A stretch of DNA of 39,890 nucleotides. Source: Octopus bimaculoides. Lineage: Eukaryota. A program made the translations under genes and the position numbers. The notes under the pieces were generated by a model. The model was not told the DNA's origin. It saw only the letters and a program-made list of their open reading frames with translations, and made no database searches. Positions within the stretch are counted from its first letter, which is position 1. Each line of letters starts with the position of its first letter. Location of the stretch: the NCBI RefSeq assembly GCF_001194135.2, contig NC_068983.1:114668746-114708635 (forward strand), in the 5' to 3' direction. This document shows, in pieces, positions 12,574 through 25,834 of this stretch.

Positions 12574-13203
12574 AATAACTACAGCAACAATAACAACAAC
12601 AGTATCGGCACAGCAACTACAACAACAACAATAACAGCAGCAGCAACAGCAGCAACAGCAACAACAACTTATTAGCTTCCAACATCCAACTCGAGTAAAA
12701 GTTATCAAGCACTCTCATAAATGAGCAGTAAGCAATCAGTGACAACGTAGCTGAAACCCTAGCTGAGATTCCTCTGTAATCATTTCTTGTAGCTTTACTG
12801 TACAACCGGATGTTGAATGACGTAACATGAAGAAACGTTGTGATAAACAACTAATAAACTATGGGTAAGATGTTCGTGTCTTACAGGTGGGGACGGAAAG
12901 CTAAATACAAGGTTATTTATTGCTTACCACCTCTTCTCTGACCCACCTGACACACTTGTCTCTCCTCTTTTATTCAGCTACACTGTGTAACACGTTCTTC
13001 CCGCCACTAACCATTCTACTCCCACCTCTCAATTTCCAAAACGTCAGCCCACTTCTGGAATTCCTTTCCGCCCACTTCTTTTTCTTTTCTTTTCTCTTTT
13101 TCCCCACCTCTGCAAGCAGAGACATAGATTAACAGATGTTCAAACTGAACAGCAGTCGTCCCTTTTTCCTCCTGACTGAAATTGTAAAATAACAATAAAA
13201 ACT

Positions 13204-13423
13204 ACTCTTTTACTTGTTTCAGCCATTTGACTGCGGCCATACTGGAGCACCGCCTTTAGTCGAGCAAATCGACCCCAGGACTTATTCTTTGGCAGCCTAG
13301 TACTTATTCTATCGATCTCTTTTGCCGCACCGCTAAGTAACGGGGACGTAAACACGCCAGCATCGGTTGTCAAGCGATGTTGAGGTGACAAACACAGACA
13401 TACAAACATATACACACATATAC

Positions 13424-13475
<52 letters not shown>

Positions 13476-13637
13476 GACGGGCTTCTTTCAGTTTCCGTCT
13501 ACCAAATCCACTCACAAGGCTTTGGTCGGCCCGAGGCTATAGTAGAAGACACTTGCCCAAGGTGTCACGCAGTGGGACTGAACCCGGAACCATGTGGTTG
13601 GTAAGCAAGCTACTTACCACACAGCCACTCCTACGCC
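13204..13637 (-). mobile_element. Full-length SINE A (head, internal TA microsatellite, 3' module)
   Basis: Reverse complement of the 33051-33456 copy at high identity. Confidence 0.92.
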
Positions 13638-13652
13638 TGTTATATATTTTAA

Positions 13653-13810
13653 CCCTTTAGTATTCAAATTATTCAAATTATTCTGTCAATGGTAATACTT
13701 CTTGATTGACAATGTTTTGAATTAATTATGCATTATCTTTTAGCCTAGAGATTTCGATTACGTGATTTTTGTCTTTAGAATAACATTGTAGGGTTGGCGT
13801 GAGAGGCTTT
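13653..13810 (+). mobile_element. piggyBac-type MITE, 5' part
   Basis: TTAA then CCCTTTAGTATTC. Colinear with the full copy at 30703-30923. Confidence 0.7.
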
Positions 13811-14311
13811 TAAGCAACTGACTCTCAATGGGAAGATCTGAAAATAGATCTCTGACTTGTTCTGGGGAATTTGTTCAGTCATATCCCAATGATGATCATA
13901 TTCGTCGCAAAAAAATAAAAATCATGTAAAAAAAATTAGCCGAAAACAATTGCAGTAATGAAAACATAGGAATCCAAAATTTCAGGATTGCAGGTCCGGA
14001 TTCGGCCCGGAATGTTTTTAATTTACTCATAGCATGATATGTTCGGCTACGGCCTCTAGGAGTAAAGTTGATAAAGTGTAACACACTAACATGCACATTT
14101 ATTATATTAGATATGGATTAAAATTAATCAAAGCACATACAAAGTATGTCTGACTGCTGGAAATAACAGTCAAAACTCTTATTCAAATCGCCGAAAAATA
14201 TACCCAGTCTTTCTCACTCCTTTATTATTACTCCTATTGCTACCATCATACTACTACTTTTAATAAAACATCATCAACCCTCCTTAAATTTGTTTCTTTT
14301 TCTCTCCGTCT

Positions 14312-14349
<38 letters not shown>

Positions 14350-14695
14350 ACCTACTATTACTCTCACCCCATCTCTCTCTCTCTCTCTATGCCTACTATT
14401 ACTCTCACCCCATCATGAGGAATGGTAGGAGTATTATTAAATAGTGAGAAGACGAGTCTAAGTGTGACACACTGACACACGAAATTAGTTTTCGCATTTA
14501 TTATATATATACACACACACGACGGGCGTCTTCGTGTTTCCGTCTACCAAATCCACTCATAAGGCTTTGGTCGGCCCAAGACAATAGTACAAGGCAATTG
14601 CCCAAGGTTCAACGCAGTCGGACTGAACCTGGAACCATGTAACCATGTGGTTGGCAAACAAGCTTCTTACTACACAGCCACGCCTGCGACTACAT

Positions 14696-14769
<74 letters not shown>

Positions 14770-14807
14770 TATATTATATTATATTACATCATATTATATC
14801 ATATTAT

Positions 14808-15552
<745 letters not shown>

Positions 15553-15597
15553 ATGTATGTATGTATGTATGCACTATGTATGTATATATGCATATAT

Positions 15598-16303
15598 ATG
15601 ATTGAACGCAACGAAACCATTTCCAAGTAAGTTTATCTTACTAATTTTGATGCTACTCTACCCTGTACTGCTCTCTCTCTCCCCCTTTCGTTTTCTCTCT
15701 CTTCCTTTCTCTAATTCTTTTTTCTCCCCGTTTCCCCTTTCATTTTTCTCTCTCATCCTTTCTCTAATTCTTTATTCTCCTCTTCATCATTTTCTATCTG
15801 TGTGTGTGTCTCTCTCTCTCGCTCTTTCTCCTTTACTCTCTCACACGTGACCATCGTCCATCTTTCTTTTCCTCGCGTAATCATCTTTTTCTTCCTTCAA
15901 TCTGTCGTATAGACCAGACGCATTCTTATCTGTTTCCTCTTCTATCTTTTCTCTTGTCAAACACAATACTCCTCCAGCTTTCGCTACCTTAACTCGTCTG
16001 GCCTAGCGGACCTCTATGTTTGTTTTCGTTTGGCTTGTTGTATGTCTCCTCTGTCCTGCTTTTGTTACCAGCTTTGACCCTCCGCAAATCCCAAATTTTA
16101 TTTGGTTCGCGAGAGCAACTGCTTTTCGAAGCCTCATATCGTCGTTAAATGCTCGAAATAAGGAGTAGATAGATAGCCGACAACTGATGAAGGGTCATTC
16201 TTCATGTTACTTGTCTTGTTTTCCATTTGTTTCTCTCGTTGTTTGCATGCCCAAGTTTGTCTTCGTATTTCATGTTGCTTACGTTTTGTGACGTCCTGTA
16301 CCC

Positions 16304-16305
<2 letters not shown>
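15598..16305 (+). repeat. Family D unit 2 (tandem array); the start of a third unit follows at 16401-16430
   Basis: Colinear with unit 1 and separated from it by (TA)n(TG)n(TATG)n. Confidence 0.85.
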
Positions 16306-16351
<46 letters not shown>

Positions 16352-16439
16352 GTATGTATATATGCATACCTATATATATATATAATATTTATATTACTAT
16401 ATGACTGAACGCCACGCATTCATTTCCAAGTATACGTTT

Positions 16440-16478
<39 letters not shown>

Positions 16479-16557
16479 GTAGTCTTGGGTTTTCATACTC
16501 ATCTTTCAAAGTTTGTAGACCTACCTTGTAAATGTAAATGGGGACTCGAACTCTCAC

Positions 16558-16645
16558 CAATGCTTCGCATCTGGTCGATTTATCACAAATGTCTGACTCT
16601 TAATCCATTCGCAAGAAAACCGAGGAGAACGTAATAGAAAATAAT
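16558..16645 (-). CDS. Possible internal exon, product unknown (xYFLLRSPRFSCEWIKSQTFVINRPDAKHx)
   Basis: Acceptor TTGTTCTATTAATATTTCAG, donor GTGAGA, one open frame (phase 1 to 2). No homology recognised. Confidence 0.25.
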
Positions 16646-16660
16646 CTGAAATATTAATAG

Positions 16661-16954
16661 AACAACAAAGGAAATTCGTTTTGTACGAAAGATGATGCGG
16701 CTCTTGTAGATTTGCTGCTTAACCGGATGTTTGATGGCGTAACATACGTCGTGCTTTGTGATAAACAACTAATATATTTACTAAGGTAAATGCTTATAGC
16801 ATGTAATTTAGAGGTAGGAACATTTGAGGATAGAGCACCAACACCGTAAACATGACCAAGAGTACTATATTTAATAATTTCTAGAGAATACTCCTACAGG
16901 AATTTCTTTAAGTCTCCAAGTGTTGTTTATTTCTTTCTTTGCGTCACCACAAAG
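16661..16954 (+). CDS. Possible two-exon segment (16661 or 16710-16785 and 16885-16954) joined by a 99-nt GT-AG intron
   Basis: Phase-compatible join giving ...LLLNRMFDGVTYVVLCDKQLIYLLR/EYSYRNFFKSPSVVYFFLCVTTK. Donors GTAAAT and GTACGT. Conflicts in strand with the 16558-16645 candidate. Confidence 0.2.
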
Positions 16955-17059
16955 GTACGTTATCATACAATAATTGGAAGTATATAAACAAGTGCGCTTC
17001 TCATATATATTTACAAAATTAAGTTATATCTATATTTGGACGTATATATGTGTTGTGTT

Positions 17060-17115
<56 letters not shown>

Positions 17116-17151
17116 TATATATATATGTGTATATGTATATATGTATGTATG

Positions 17152-17188
<37 letters not shown>

Positions 17189-17189
17189 A

Positions 17190-17345
17190 TAGTTCAAATT
17201 TACAAAAAAAAAAAAAGAAAGACAGATGTAGGAACAAAAAGCGGGCGTATTAGTTTAACGCTCGGGAAAAATAGAAAAGTCTTTTACGTTTCGAGCCTAC
17301 GCTCTACGACAGAAAGGAATAAGAGGCGAAAATGGAGAGAGGACG
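17190..17345 (-). mobile_element. Penelope-type repeat with a minimal type I hammerhead variant at 17281-17316
   Basis: Minus strand reads CUUU-CUGUCGU-A-GAGC-GUAG-GCUC-GAAAC-GUA-AAAG. A second copy is at 38385-38545. Confidence 0.65.
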
Positions 17346-17554
17346 AAAAAAAAAACAGATAGAGAAAAACTGTGTAGAGTTCAGCGGTCCAACATGGCGG
17401 GATGACCAGATAAAAAAAAGGTTGAATGAAAGGAAGATAATAATAATAATAACAATAAAAAGGTTGAATGAAAGGGAGATAATAATGATGAACCCAACAA
17501 ACTAAGGTGCGCGAGCGTGTGTGTGCATGTGAGAATGGTGTGTGTGAGTGTGTA

Positions 17555-18415
17555 CGAAGACTGATCAATAAGTATCCAGACTGTTGCCATAGTAACGAAG
17601 CTAAAACACGCAGAAAAAAGCCGCTTGGCACTGATTGATCTTACACACTAACTTTTAACGTTCTAGCTCACTTCTACTGTTTACAGCAGGACTTGGAAGG
17701 AAGGTGTGTAGCATGTGATCGTCGCATGATGGAGAAATTTGTCATGGCGATACCTACTCAGAGGTCTACACAAAGGTGCAGGAACTGTAGGGAGAGGAGT
17801 GTATGCGCCGCACACAAGTGTACGAGTGGTTCAGACGTTTCCAGGATGGCCGAAAAAATGTCGATATTGACGAACGTTCTGGGAGACCCACAACCAGCAG
17901 GGTTGAGAAAAACATCGCAAATGTGCGTGCAACTGTAAGGGTAAATCATTGAATCACCGTCCGTGAGTTATCAGATGGGCAGTTCAGTTCAGTTCATTAT
18001 TACTGAAGATTTGGGTATGAGGCGCGTGTCAGCCAAGTTTGTGCCAAAACTGCTTTCAGCTGACAAAAAAAAAAAAAAAAAAAAAAAGACACTCGGGTTT
18101 CAGTTGTACAAGATCACCTTGATTGTGTTGTGAACGATGAAAACTTTTTGGAAACTTTGCGAAGGCCTTTGAGCAGGTGTCGACAAGCTTTTGGCAAAAT
18201 TTGATGCAGATTCACTGTCATGGTCAATACAGCGAGCACACACTACTCACCTTCTTCCCAAGCACTACTGTAAACAGCGGAAGTAAGCTACAACGTTAAA
18301 ATTTAGTGAGCATGCACAGCGGAGTTCAAGGTCAATCTGTGCCAAGCGACTTTACACTGCATTCTTTAGCTTCGTTACTCTGGCAATAGTCCGGATACTT
18401 ATTGATCATACCACG
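17555..18415 (+). mobile_element. Non-autonomous mariner (Tc1/mariner) derivative with ~220-260 bp inverted arms, flanked by TA
   Basis: TA at 17553-54 and 18416-17. The interior encodes YEWFRRFQDGRKNVDIDERSGRP and ITEDLGMRRVSAKFVPKLL (mariner HTH and WVPHEL-like linker) with stops and frameshifts. The right arm is an inverted copy of the 5' end. Confidence 0.9.
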
Positions 18416-18770
18416 TATGTGTGAACGGGGGCGAGTGAGTCTGATGTGTGTGTGTGTGTGTGTGTGTGTGTAACGTGTGTGTGTGTAACGTGTGTGTGCG
18501 TAACGTGTGTGTGTGTTGCATGTAGCAGTTGATGTGTACTTTTACCAATGGTGTGCGTACATGTGTACGTGTGTGTCAGTGACCAAAAAGTGTGCATGTG
18601 TATAGTGTATGTTTGTGAGCGAAAGTTGTCTTTGTTTATGCGTATTGCGTGTGTGTATATATATTGTCTGTGTTCAGGTATTATGTGCTTGCGTGGGTGT
18701 GGGAGTGTGGTTGCGGGTGTGTGCATGAGGGTGTTTGATGTGTGTACTGAGTTAAACTGTGTGGCTGCTC

Positions 18771-18808
<38 letters not shown>

Positions 18809-18827
18809 GCCGGTGTTTTAATAGTGG

Positions 18828-18925
18828 CACCTGATGAAGGATATGTTCTGTATGTGGCCTGCTTGTTTGTTGTACCTTGTTTATCGTTTTGTCCATGTTC
18901 TTTTGCAACGTCATGTACCCAGATA
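18828..18925 (+). repeat. Diverged family D-like 3' fragment
   Basis: CTGATGAAGG..GTTC and a terminus ACGTCATGTACCCA resembling ACGTCCTGTACCCA. Confidence 0.45.
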
Positions 18926-19419
18926 TGTATCTATATGTACATGTAGATGAAGGTATGTACATAGATGTACATATATATGCATATACTCATATATTGTTTG
19001 TATCACACGACAGAACGCACGCTTTATTTTTACACAGTAAGTTTTGAACTATATATATATATATATATATAATATAACATAGGATAAACTCTTTATAAGA
19101 ATTTATCAAGTAGTCAGCGTGAAAAAAACTCATAATGAAAAAAATAACGAAAAATGTCGTAATGAAAAAATTCATCGTTTCTTATATATATATACAAAGA
19201 TACATACATTTATACATATATATGCATATGCGTACATAAACGCATACATATATATGAAAATATTCAAATGTATACACTCATACACACACGTTTGCTTTTT
19301 TCCTGAAATATGTAATTTTCTCCGTTTTATGTCTGTTTTTCTCGCGTTTCTTTGTTCTTGATTGCAGAGATCTCTCTCTCCCTCCTCCCCTCTCTCTCTC
19401 CATATATATATATTACGAT

Positions 19420-19750
19420 AAAATGTAAAGCTGACCTCAGCGGGACTTGAACTCAAAACACCAAAATCAAACAGAGCAACGTACCTAAATACAACAAAAA
19501 GGTTTGTCCGCTTCCCTAATGATTCTGCCGATCCACCAATTGGAAGAAGTTTTATAATGTTCATTTCTAAAAGAGAGGAAGAAAGCTCAAAATTCTGAGT
19601 TAGTCGAATTTTACTCCAGAGCTGTAGTTTATCCAATCCTTAGTGGGTTCAAATTAAAGTTCGTTTCGGTAGCTTTTTGAACTCAGATCATAACTAAATA
19701 ACAAGAGGTAATTTGCCCGATGCTCTAACAATTTTACCAGCCTAACACTC
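19420..19750 (-). mobile_element. Degraded SINE B fragments
   Basis: GACCTCAGCGGGACTTGAACTCA, GATTCTGCC, TTTGAACTCAGA motifs. Confidence 0.55.
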
Positions 19751-20373
19751 TTGAATGACTATAACACAGTAATAATTAAACAATATCAATATAACATCTG
19801 CCACATATCGCTTTCATAGTAATTGTATTTCTTGTATCACTACGTCATTCTGATGTCAGTAAATATCCGGGCATTAATAATGTTGCCATTCACATTGTTT
19901 GTCCGGATATATAATTTAATGTAAAGCTTAGCTACTTTTAGGCAAGTGTGTAGTATAATGCTGTACACACTTGCTGCAGTAAACCGAATGGCTGTTGTTA
20001 TTGCAGTGACTAAAAGGAAGTGGTCCTTTACCATGTGACTTTATAAATGACATTTGTAAAGCGAGAGTGGAGAGAAGTGCATGCAAAACAGGTCGTAAAT
20101 ATGTTTATTATATATTATTGCTAATTTAGATAATTGTGAAAAAAATTACTGTTAAAAGTAGAACGAGCTAACGGGAGAGTAAGTACATGGTAGCTCGAAC
20201 TATTTAAATTAGCAACCAAAGCTCCATCATATCGTATATTCTCCTGCAAATGAAAGTAGATACGTTGAATATTGTAATTCTTTATCTGTCTATCTATCTT
20301 TCTATACATACATGCACATACATACATACAGAAAGACAAATATGTAACATGCATACATACATTGTATTGTATT

Positions 20374-20755
20374 GTTGGCACTCCGTCGCTTACGACGTCG
20401 AGGGTTCCAGTTGATCCGATCAACGGAACAGCCTGCTCGTGAAATTAACGTGCAAGTGGCTGAACACTCCTCAGACACCTGTGCCCTTAACGTAGTTCTC
20501 GGGGATATTCAGCGTGACACAGTGTGACAAGGCTGACCCTTTGAATTACAGGCACAACAGAAACAGGAAGTAAGAGTGAGAGAAGGTTGTGGTGAAAGAG
20601 TACAGCAGAGTTCGCCACCATCCCCTGCCAGAGCCTCGTGGAAATTTTAGGTGTTTTCGCTCAATAAACACTCACAACGCCCGGTCTGGGAATCGAAACC
20701 GCGATCCTATGACCGCGAGTCCACTGCCCTAACCACTGGGCTATTGTGCCTCCAC
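20374..20755 (-). mobile_element. Full-length SINE family C
   Basis: Minus-strand head GTGGAGGCACAATAGCCCAGTGGTTAGGGCAG...GTTTCGATTCCCAGACC. 3' end ...GACGGAGTGCCAAC. Confidence 0.92.
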
Positions 20756-21184
20756 TGCATACATACATACATACATACATACAAACATATGTGTGTGCGT
20801 AAGTATGTAAGTAATGTGTGTGTATGCAAAGGCGGTATGGTTATGGCCGGAATACCATTGAATAAAAGTGTACATGCTTAGGACTGATCGGTGGCTAAAC
20901 ACCAACTACTATTCTAACTACTACTGAAATATGAATCTATATGTTTTGTGGGGTTTGTTTCTTTTGTTTTTCTTTTTTCTAAAAGCAAAGCCTAAAATAT
21001 GCATGAAAGGATCGGAGGATTTTCCCGCTTTTTCAACTGTCGCCGACTTCACATTGAACCTGTATCGTTAATTTTGGTCTGATAGTGTATTACTACTTGT
21101 TCTGCAGCGTTTGCCAGCGTCTCTGTGAATATTTAGTTGTTTGAAGTAGTAATCACATTTGGTTTGGCAATATCACTTTTATTA

Positions 21185-21395
21185 TATTAAGAAACTTTTC
21201 TAGCTTTAGGTAAAAGAAAATACAAGAAGATCAGTTAATTATGATTTTATTCAACATATTCCCCTCTCAGATTCACACACTTATTGTTGCGGTACTTAAG
21301 TTTTTCTAAGCCCTGTAAAAGATCTCGGAAGGTTGAGCCTTCAACAGGGCCTTTTGCGATACCTTTAAAGCTAAGAACTTTTCAGTACCCCTTCG
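21185..21395 (-). mobile_element. Short mariner-derived element retaining the transposase C-terminus
   Basis: Minus strand encodes LQGLEKLKYRNNKCVNLRGEYVE* (mariner C-terminal motif). The terminal repeat AAAAGTTCTTAGCTTT is at the right end next to TA; the left terminus is degenerate. Confidence 0.7.
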
Positions 21396-22557
21396 TAGAT
21401 GCTGACTTGATAATTTATTAGTTACGAATTGAAGGAAGCCCATGAGTTACTATACGACTGGGCTCAAGTCTCCGTGGCTTAAAATGGTTGCTAGATAAAC
21501 CTGCTTCTAAATAGGACGCTAGTCTATCGTTGATAACTTTCCCAGGGCAGCCTTCCACTCAGATAAAGTGAAGTAAATAGAATTGTTTGCAACTTAGATA
21601 TATCAGCAGAATTTGATCTCACGACCCATGCGTTAGAAGGTAGATCTTCATCTTATCTTCTGTATTATTTAGTCTTTGATTGATATTTATGTTTATTAAC
21701 TCAAAAAAATGAAAAGTTAATCTAAATAGTTAAATGTAAATTAAACATCATAAAGTATTTCTCTTCACTCTTTCACGGACAAAGTTAAAAACACTTATAA
21801 AGTCTGCTTTTCATCCCACCAGATTTAATAGAATAACTCCCTGTAATATCTCCGTCACTTGCGCCGTTTTCTTTCAAAAATTGACATTGCATTGAAGCTA
21901 GGAATTGACTTTTCTTAAAGATTAATTTGAGAGGTAGCTTGCTTAGAATTGCATAGCGATTGTATATATATATATATATATTACTTTATACATAATAATC
22001 AAATGTGTAGACATTTTTTGTATTCGGTTTTTAATTTGCCATTATTTTGTTCGTGAGAGAGTGAAAAGTATCTGAATCACACATTCACGTTAAAGTGTTC
22101 GAAACACGCCGAGGGAACTTATCTTATAACATTCCTGGCTCGATAAAATGAGTATCAGTCAATTAGTACGGGCAATCATTTACACCAGAGTTTCCAATCT
22201 AGTACCTATATCAGAAACCTTTATTTTGATAACGGATTAAACACTTGAAAATTCTTGTCACTCAGAGAAGAGCATAAGCTAATAGAGTAGCGGCAATACT
22301 AGATCAGAAAGATCTGCTCAGCTAAATTTCGTGTTCAATAATCAGCTTCGGTGCGATGGGCACCGGAAAGCAAAAAAACCTGTTAAATCAAGTATGTGAA
22401 CTGTTTCGATTAGTCTACTTCATTTCATACCACCGATACCTTTCAGAAACGTATGAACGCCTCACAATCTCTATTCCACTTCCTGATAGATGCACAGCAT
22501 TTACCTTTTACCTTTAACTTATTTCACTCATTGGANNNNNNNNNNNNNNNNNNNNNN

Positions 22558-22589
<32 letters not shown>

Positions 22590-22592
<3 letters not shown>

Positions 22593-22900
22593 AGCGCTTT
22601 TATTTCAAGTTTAGTACTTATTTTATCATTCTCTTTTGCTGAACTGCTACATTACAGGGTCTAAACAAACTAACACCGGTTGTCAAGAGTGAAGTGACAA
22701 TCGCAAATAAACACACATACATAAATATATTAAAACGGGCTTCCATACAATTTCCGCCAACCAAATTCCTTGGCTAGGTATTGTGCAGCCTTGAGATACC
22801 TCAGCCTAGGGTTACTACATCCTATAGCCTACTTACCCAAGATGTTGTACAGTGCTGACCGAATCAGAAAGCATACGGTCGGGGCTTCCTAACCACAGAG
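22590..22900 (-). mobile_element. Degraded SINE A
   Basis: CTCTTTTGCTGAAC, CACCGGTTGTCAAG, GGGCTTCCATACAATTTCCG motifs. Confidence 0.55.
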
Positions 22901-23801
22901 ATATGTTCCAAAAAAAAAAAAACAATAAATTAACTGTAACAAATTCATTGTTAAAAGAAACTACCAGCGAACTCTTAAATGTTTCTTACCCACAATCAAA
23001 ACCACAACAACGAATTCCATTCTCTTCCTTTCTTTCTCAGGTGAAATGAAAGAGCTCTAAAAATATTTTTCACTCCTCGAACAAATGTACTTATTAAACT
23101 CTACCAGGAACTCACCTCCGAACTAAATATTACCGATGTTTAACATCTCACGTTCCTACAAATTCTGGATTTCAGCCTATTTAATGCTAAGTTGTCTATA
23201 ATTTTTCTAAAAAGAAAATCAAACGACCCAATGATAATGCATTGTTATTGTGACGTCAGCGCTGATTCAAAACAAGATGTCTTGGATAAGTTATAACATA
23301 TATCAGGTTAAATCTTATCAATCATTTAGTTAACTTTCTCACATGTTTTCCCAAAAGATTATGCTCAATGCTGTTAACATATTTGATTCTGTTATTTCCA
23401 TTCCTTCTCTTATTTACCTTCAGCCTAAGCCATCTTTGAAGTTGAGTTTCTGCCACCAACGAACTGGTGTTTTCAATGTGTGTAATATGGGAATAGTCAT
23501 TTAATACCACTGGGCGTGTTGAAAGTGTTTATAAATACATAGGCACTGCAGTAAGGTGAGTACAGGTAGCGTGAGCATAGATATAATACACACACACATA
23601 CATACATATAATGGAAATAGTGAGAGTGTAGGTGTACCTGTTGGCATATGTGTATGTGTATGATTTCCTCATATATGTAAATATACATGTTGTTCATATT
23701 ATTCCCGAGTACATTGTAAATGCACTGATCGGCATCTTCTGTACATATTCTTCTAGAATAGAGTGCAGAGAATGATGCGTGTTGTCTGGTGTGAGTGTGT
23801 A

Positions 23802-23850
<49 letters not shown>

Positions 23851-24695
23851 TCTTTACTCTTTTANNNNNNNNNNNNNNNNNNNNNNNNNNNNNNNNNNNN
23901 NNNNNNNNNNNNNNNNNNNNNNNNNNNNNNNNNNNNNNNNNNNNNNNNNNNNNNNNNNNNNNNNNNNNNNNNNNNNNNNNNNNNNNNNNNNNNNNNNNNN
24001 NNNNNNNNNNNNNNNNNNNNNNNNNNNNNNNNNNNNNNNNNNNNNNNNNNNNNNNNNNNNNNNNNNNNNNNNNNNNNNNNNNNNNNNNNNNNNNNNNNNN
24101 NNNNNNNNNNNNNNNNNNNNNNNNNNNNNNNNNNNNNNNNNNNNNNNNNNNNNNNNNNNNNNNNNNNNNNNNNNNNNNNNNNNNNNNNNNNNNNNNNNNN
24201 NNNNNNNNNNNNNNNNNNNNNNNNNNNNNNNNNNNNNNNNNNNNNNNNNNNNNNNNNNNNNNNNNNNNNNNNNNNNNNNNNNNNNNNNNNNNNNNNNNNN
24301 NNNNNNNNNNNNNNNNNNNNNNNNNNNNNNNNNNNNNNNNNNNNNNNNNNNNNNNNNNNNNNNNNNNNNNNNNNNNNNNNNNNNNNNNNNNNNNNNNNNN
24401 NNNNNNNNNNNNNNNNNNNNNNNNNNNNNNNNNNNNNNNNNNNNNNNNNNNNNNNNNNNNNNNNNNNNNNNNNNNNNNNNNNNNNNNNNNNNNNNNNNNN
24501 NNNNNNNNNNNNNNNNNNNNNNNNNNNNNNNNNNNNNNNNNNNNNNNNNNNNNNNNNNNNNNNNNNNNNNNNNNNNNNNNNNNNNNNNNNNNNNNNNNNN
24601 NNNNNNNNNNNNNNNNNNNNNNNNNNNNNNNNNNNNNNNNNNNNNNNNNNNNNNNNNNNNNNNNNNNNNNNNNNNNNNNNNNNNNNNNNNNNNNT

Positions 24696-24880
24696 TGAGT
24701 GCTACTGGTACCATATAGTCAAGTTCAACCTGTTGCGTGGTCGGGTCGTCAGCAACTAAACTGGCAACCCCACCAGGCTTGCTTAGTGAGGTGGGTGCTT
24801 GTTAAATACTCTGCAGACCAAAAATAAGACCCGTCAAAGGGCGGAGGAACTGCAACGTTGTCAACGGCCATTCAACAACA
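24696..24880 (+). mobile_element. Probable LINE (RTE-like) 5' UTR fragment
   Basis: GC-richer structured segment (AGCAACTAAACTGGCAACCCC, GACCCGTCAAAGGCGGAGGAAC, CAACGGCCATTC). The family assignment is from recall only. Confidence 0.3.
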
Positions 24881-24911
24881 TGTGTTTGTGGACGTGCGTG
24901 TGGAGTGGGTA

Positions 24912-24954
<43 letters not shown>

Positions 24955-25658
24955 TGTATATATTGCATTTTAAACTCTCTGTGTCTGTGTTTGTATATTG
25001 TATATATCGTGTTGCAACCTGTGTGCGTGCATATTGTATATTGATATTGTGCTTTATAGTGTCCATATTGTATGTCAATTTTATTCTTAATTTTAGTCAA
25101 TTTTATGTCAATTTTTTTTCTTTCTCACTGTAGTCTACTTTTTATGATAAATAGATGTGGGGTGGATAGAGCTCCTCTGTTTACCCAAGCCGTGGCGAAG
25201 GCAGTCTATCCAGCAGAAAGTAACATACATACATACATACATACATACATACATACATACATACATACATACCCTGATGTTGATGTTGAAATTCAAAAGA
25301 AGAAGCCTTGGTTAGAAATCGGCTCTTTCTCTATAGGCAAGAATTCTTGAAATAAAACTGAACAATGACACACATACATACAAATTTACGTTTGTCTATC
25401 CACTGCGTAGATCCTAAAACCAACTGGAAGCATCAAAAATATTTTAACACGCTCTGTATACGTCCATGATATTGACACGCTCTATGTCAGAAGAAAATAG
25501 GTCAGAAGATGCTTAAATTCAGTCCAGACGGTTTCTGCAGATCGTATATCAATCAAACAGCATCTCCTAAACAGCAAAAATAATACACTAAGTGCTCAAA
25601 AGTAAAGAGAAAACCATCATCCTATGGGTCGGTAGTGAACTTCTCAAGATATACTTAC

Positions 25659-25714
25659 GTCTCTATGACCTTCAGTTGATCCCGGGTTTGCCGAACGGGA
25701 AGAAAAAATATATA
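25659..25714 (-). CDS. Possible short internal exon, product unknown
   Basis: Acceptor TGTTTATTTTATAG, consensus donor GTAAGT, two open frames (YIFSSRSANPGSTEGHRD or YIFFLPVRQTRDQLKVIE). Confidence 0.2.
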
Positions 25715-25834
25715 CTATAAAATAAACATTTTGCATTACGGGTATGTCTCCCGTACCAGTTGAGCAGTGGGGTCGATATAATCGACTTACCCACCTCCTC
25801 CAAAATTTGAAACCAATATACATTCTATCGAAGG

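Noticed and set aside
17415-17490. Two tandem copies of a ~40-bp unit (AAAAAGGTTGAATGAAAGG.AGATAATAAT)
   Set aside because: An ordinary local slippage duplication next to (TAA)n.
18620-18660. Minus-strand HAIRINKDNF resembling a GIY-YIG C-terminal motif
   Set aside because: It lies in low-complexity TG-rich sequence with no other endonuclease motifs.
21470-21560. Minus-strand peptide GKVINDRLASYLE resembling a LINE RT motif
   Set aside because: Too short, with no adjacent motifs in any frame.
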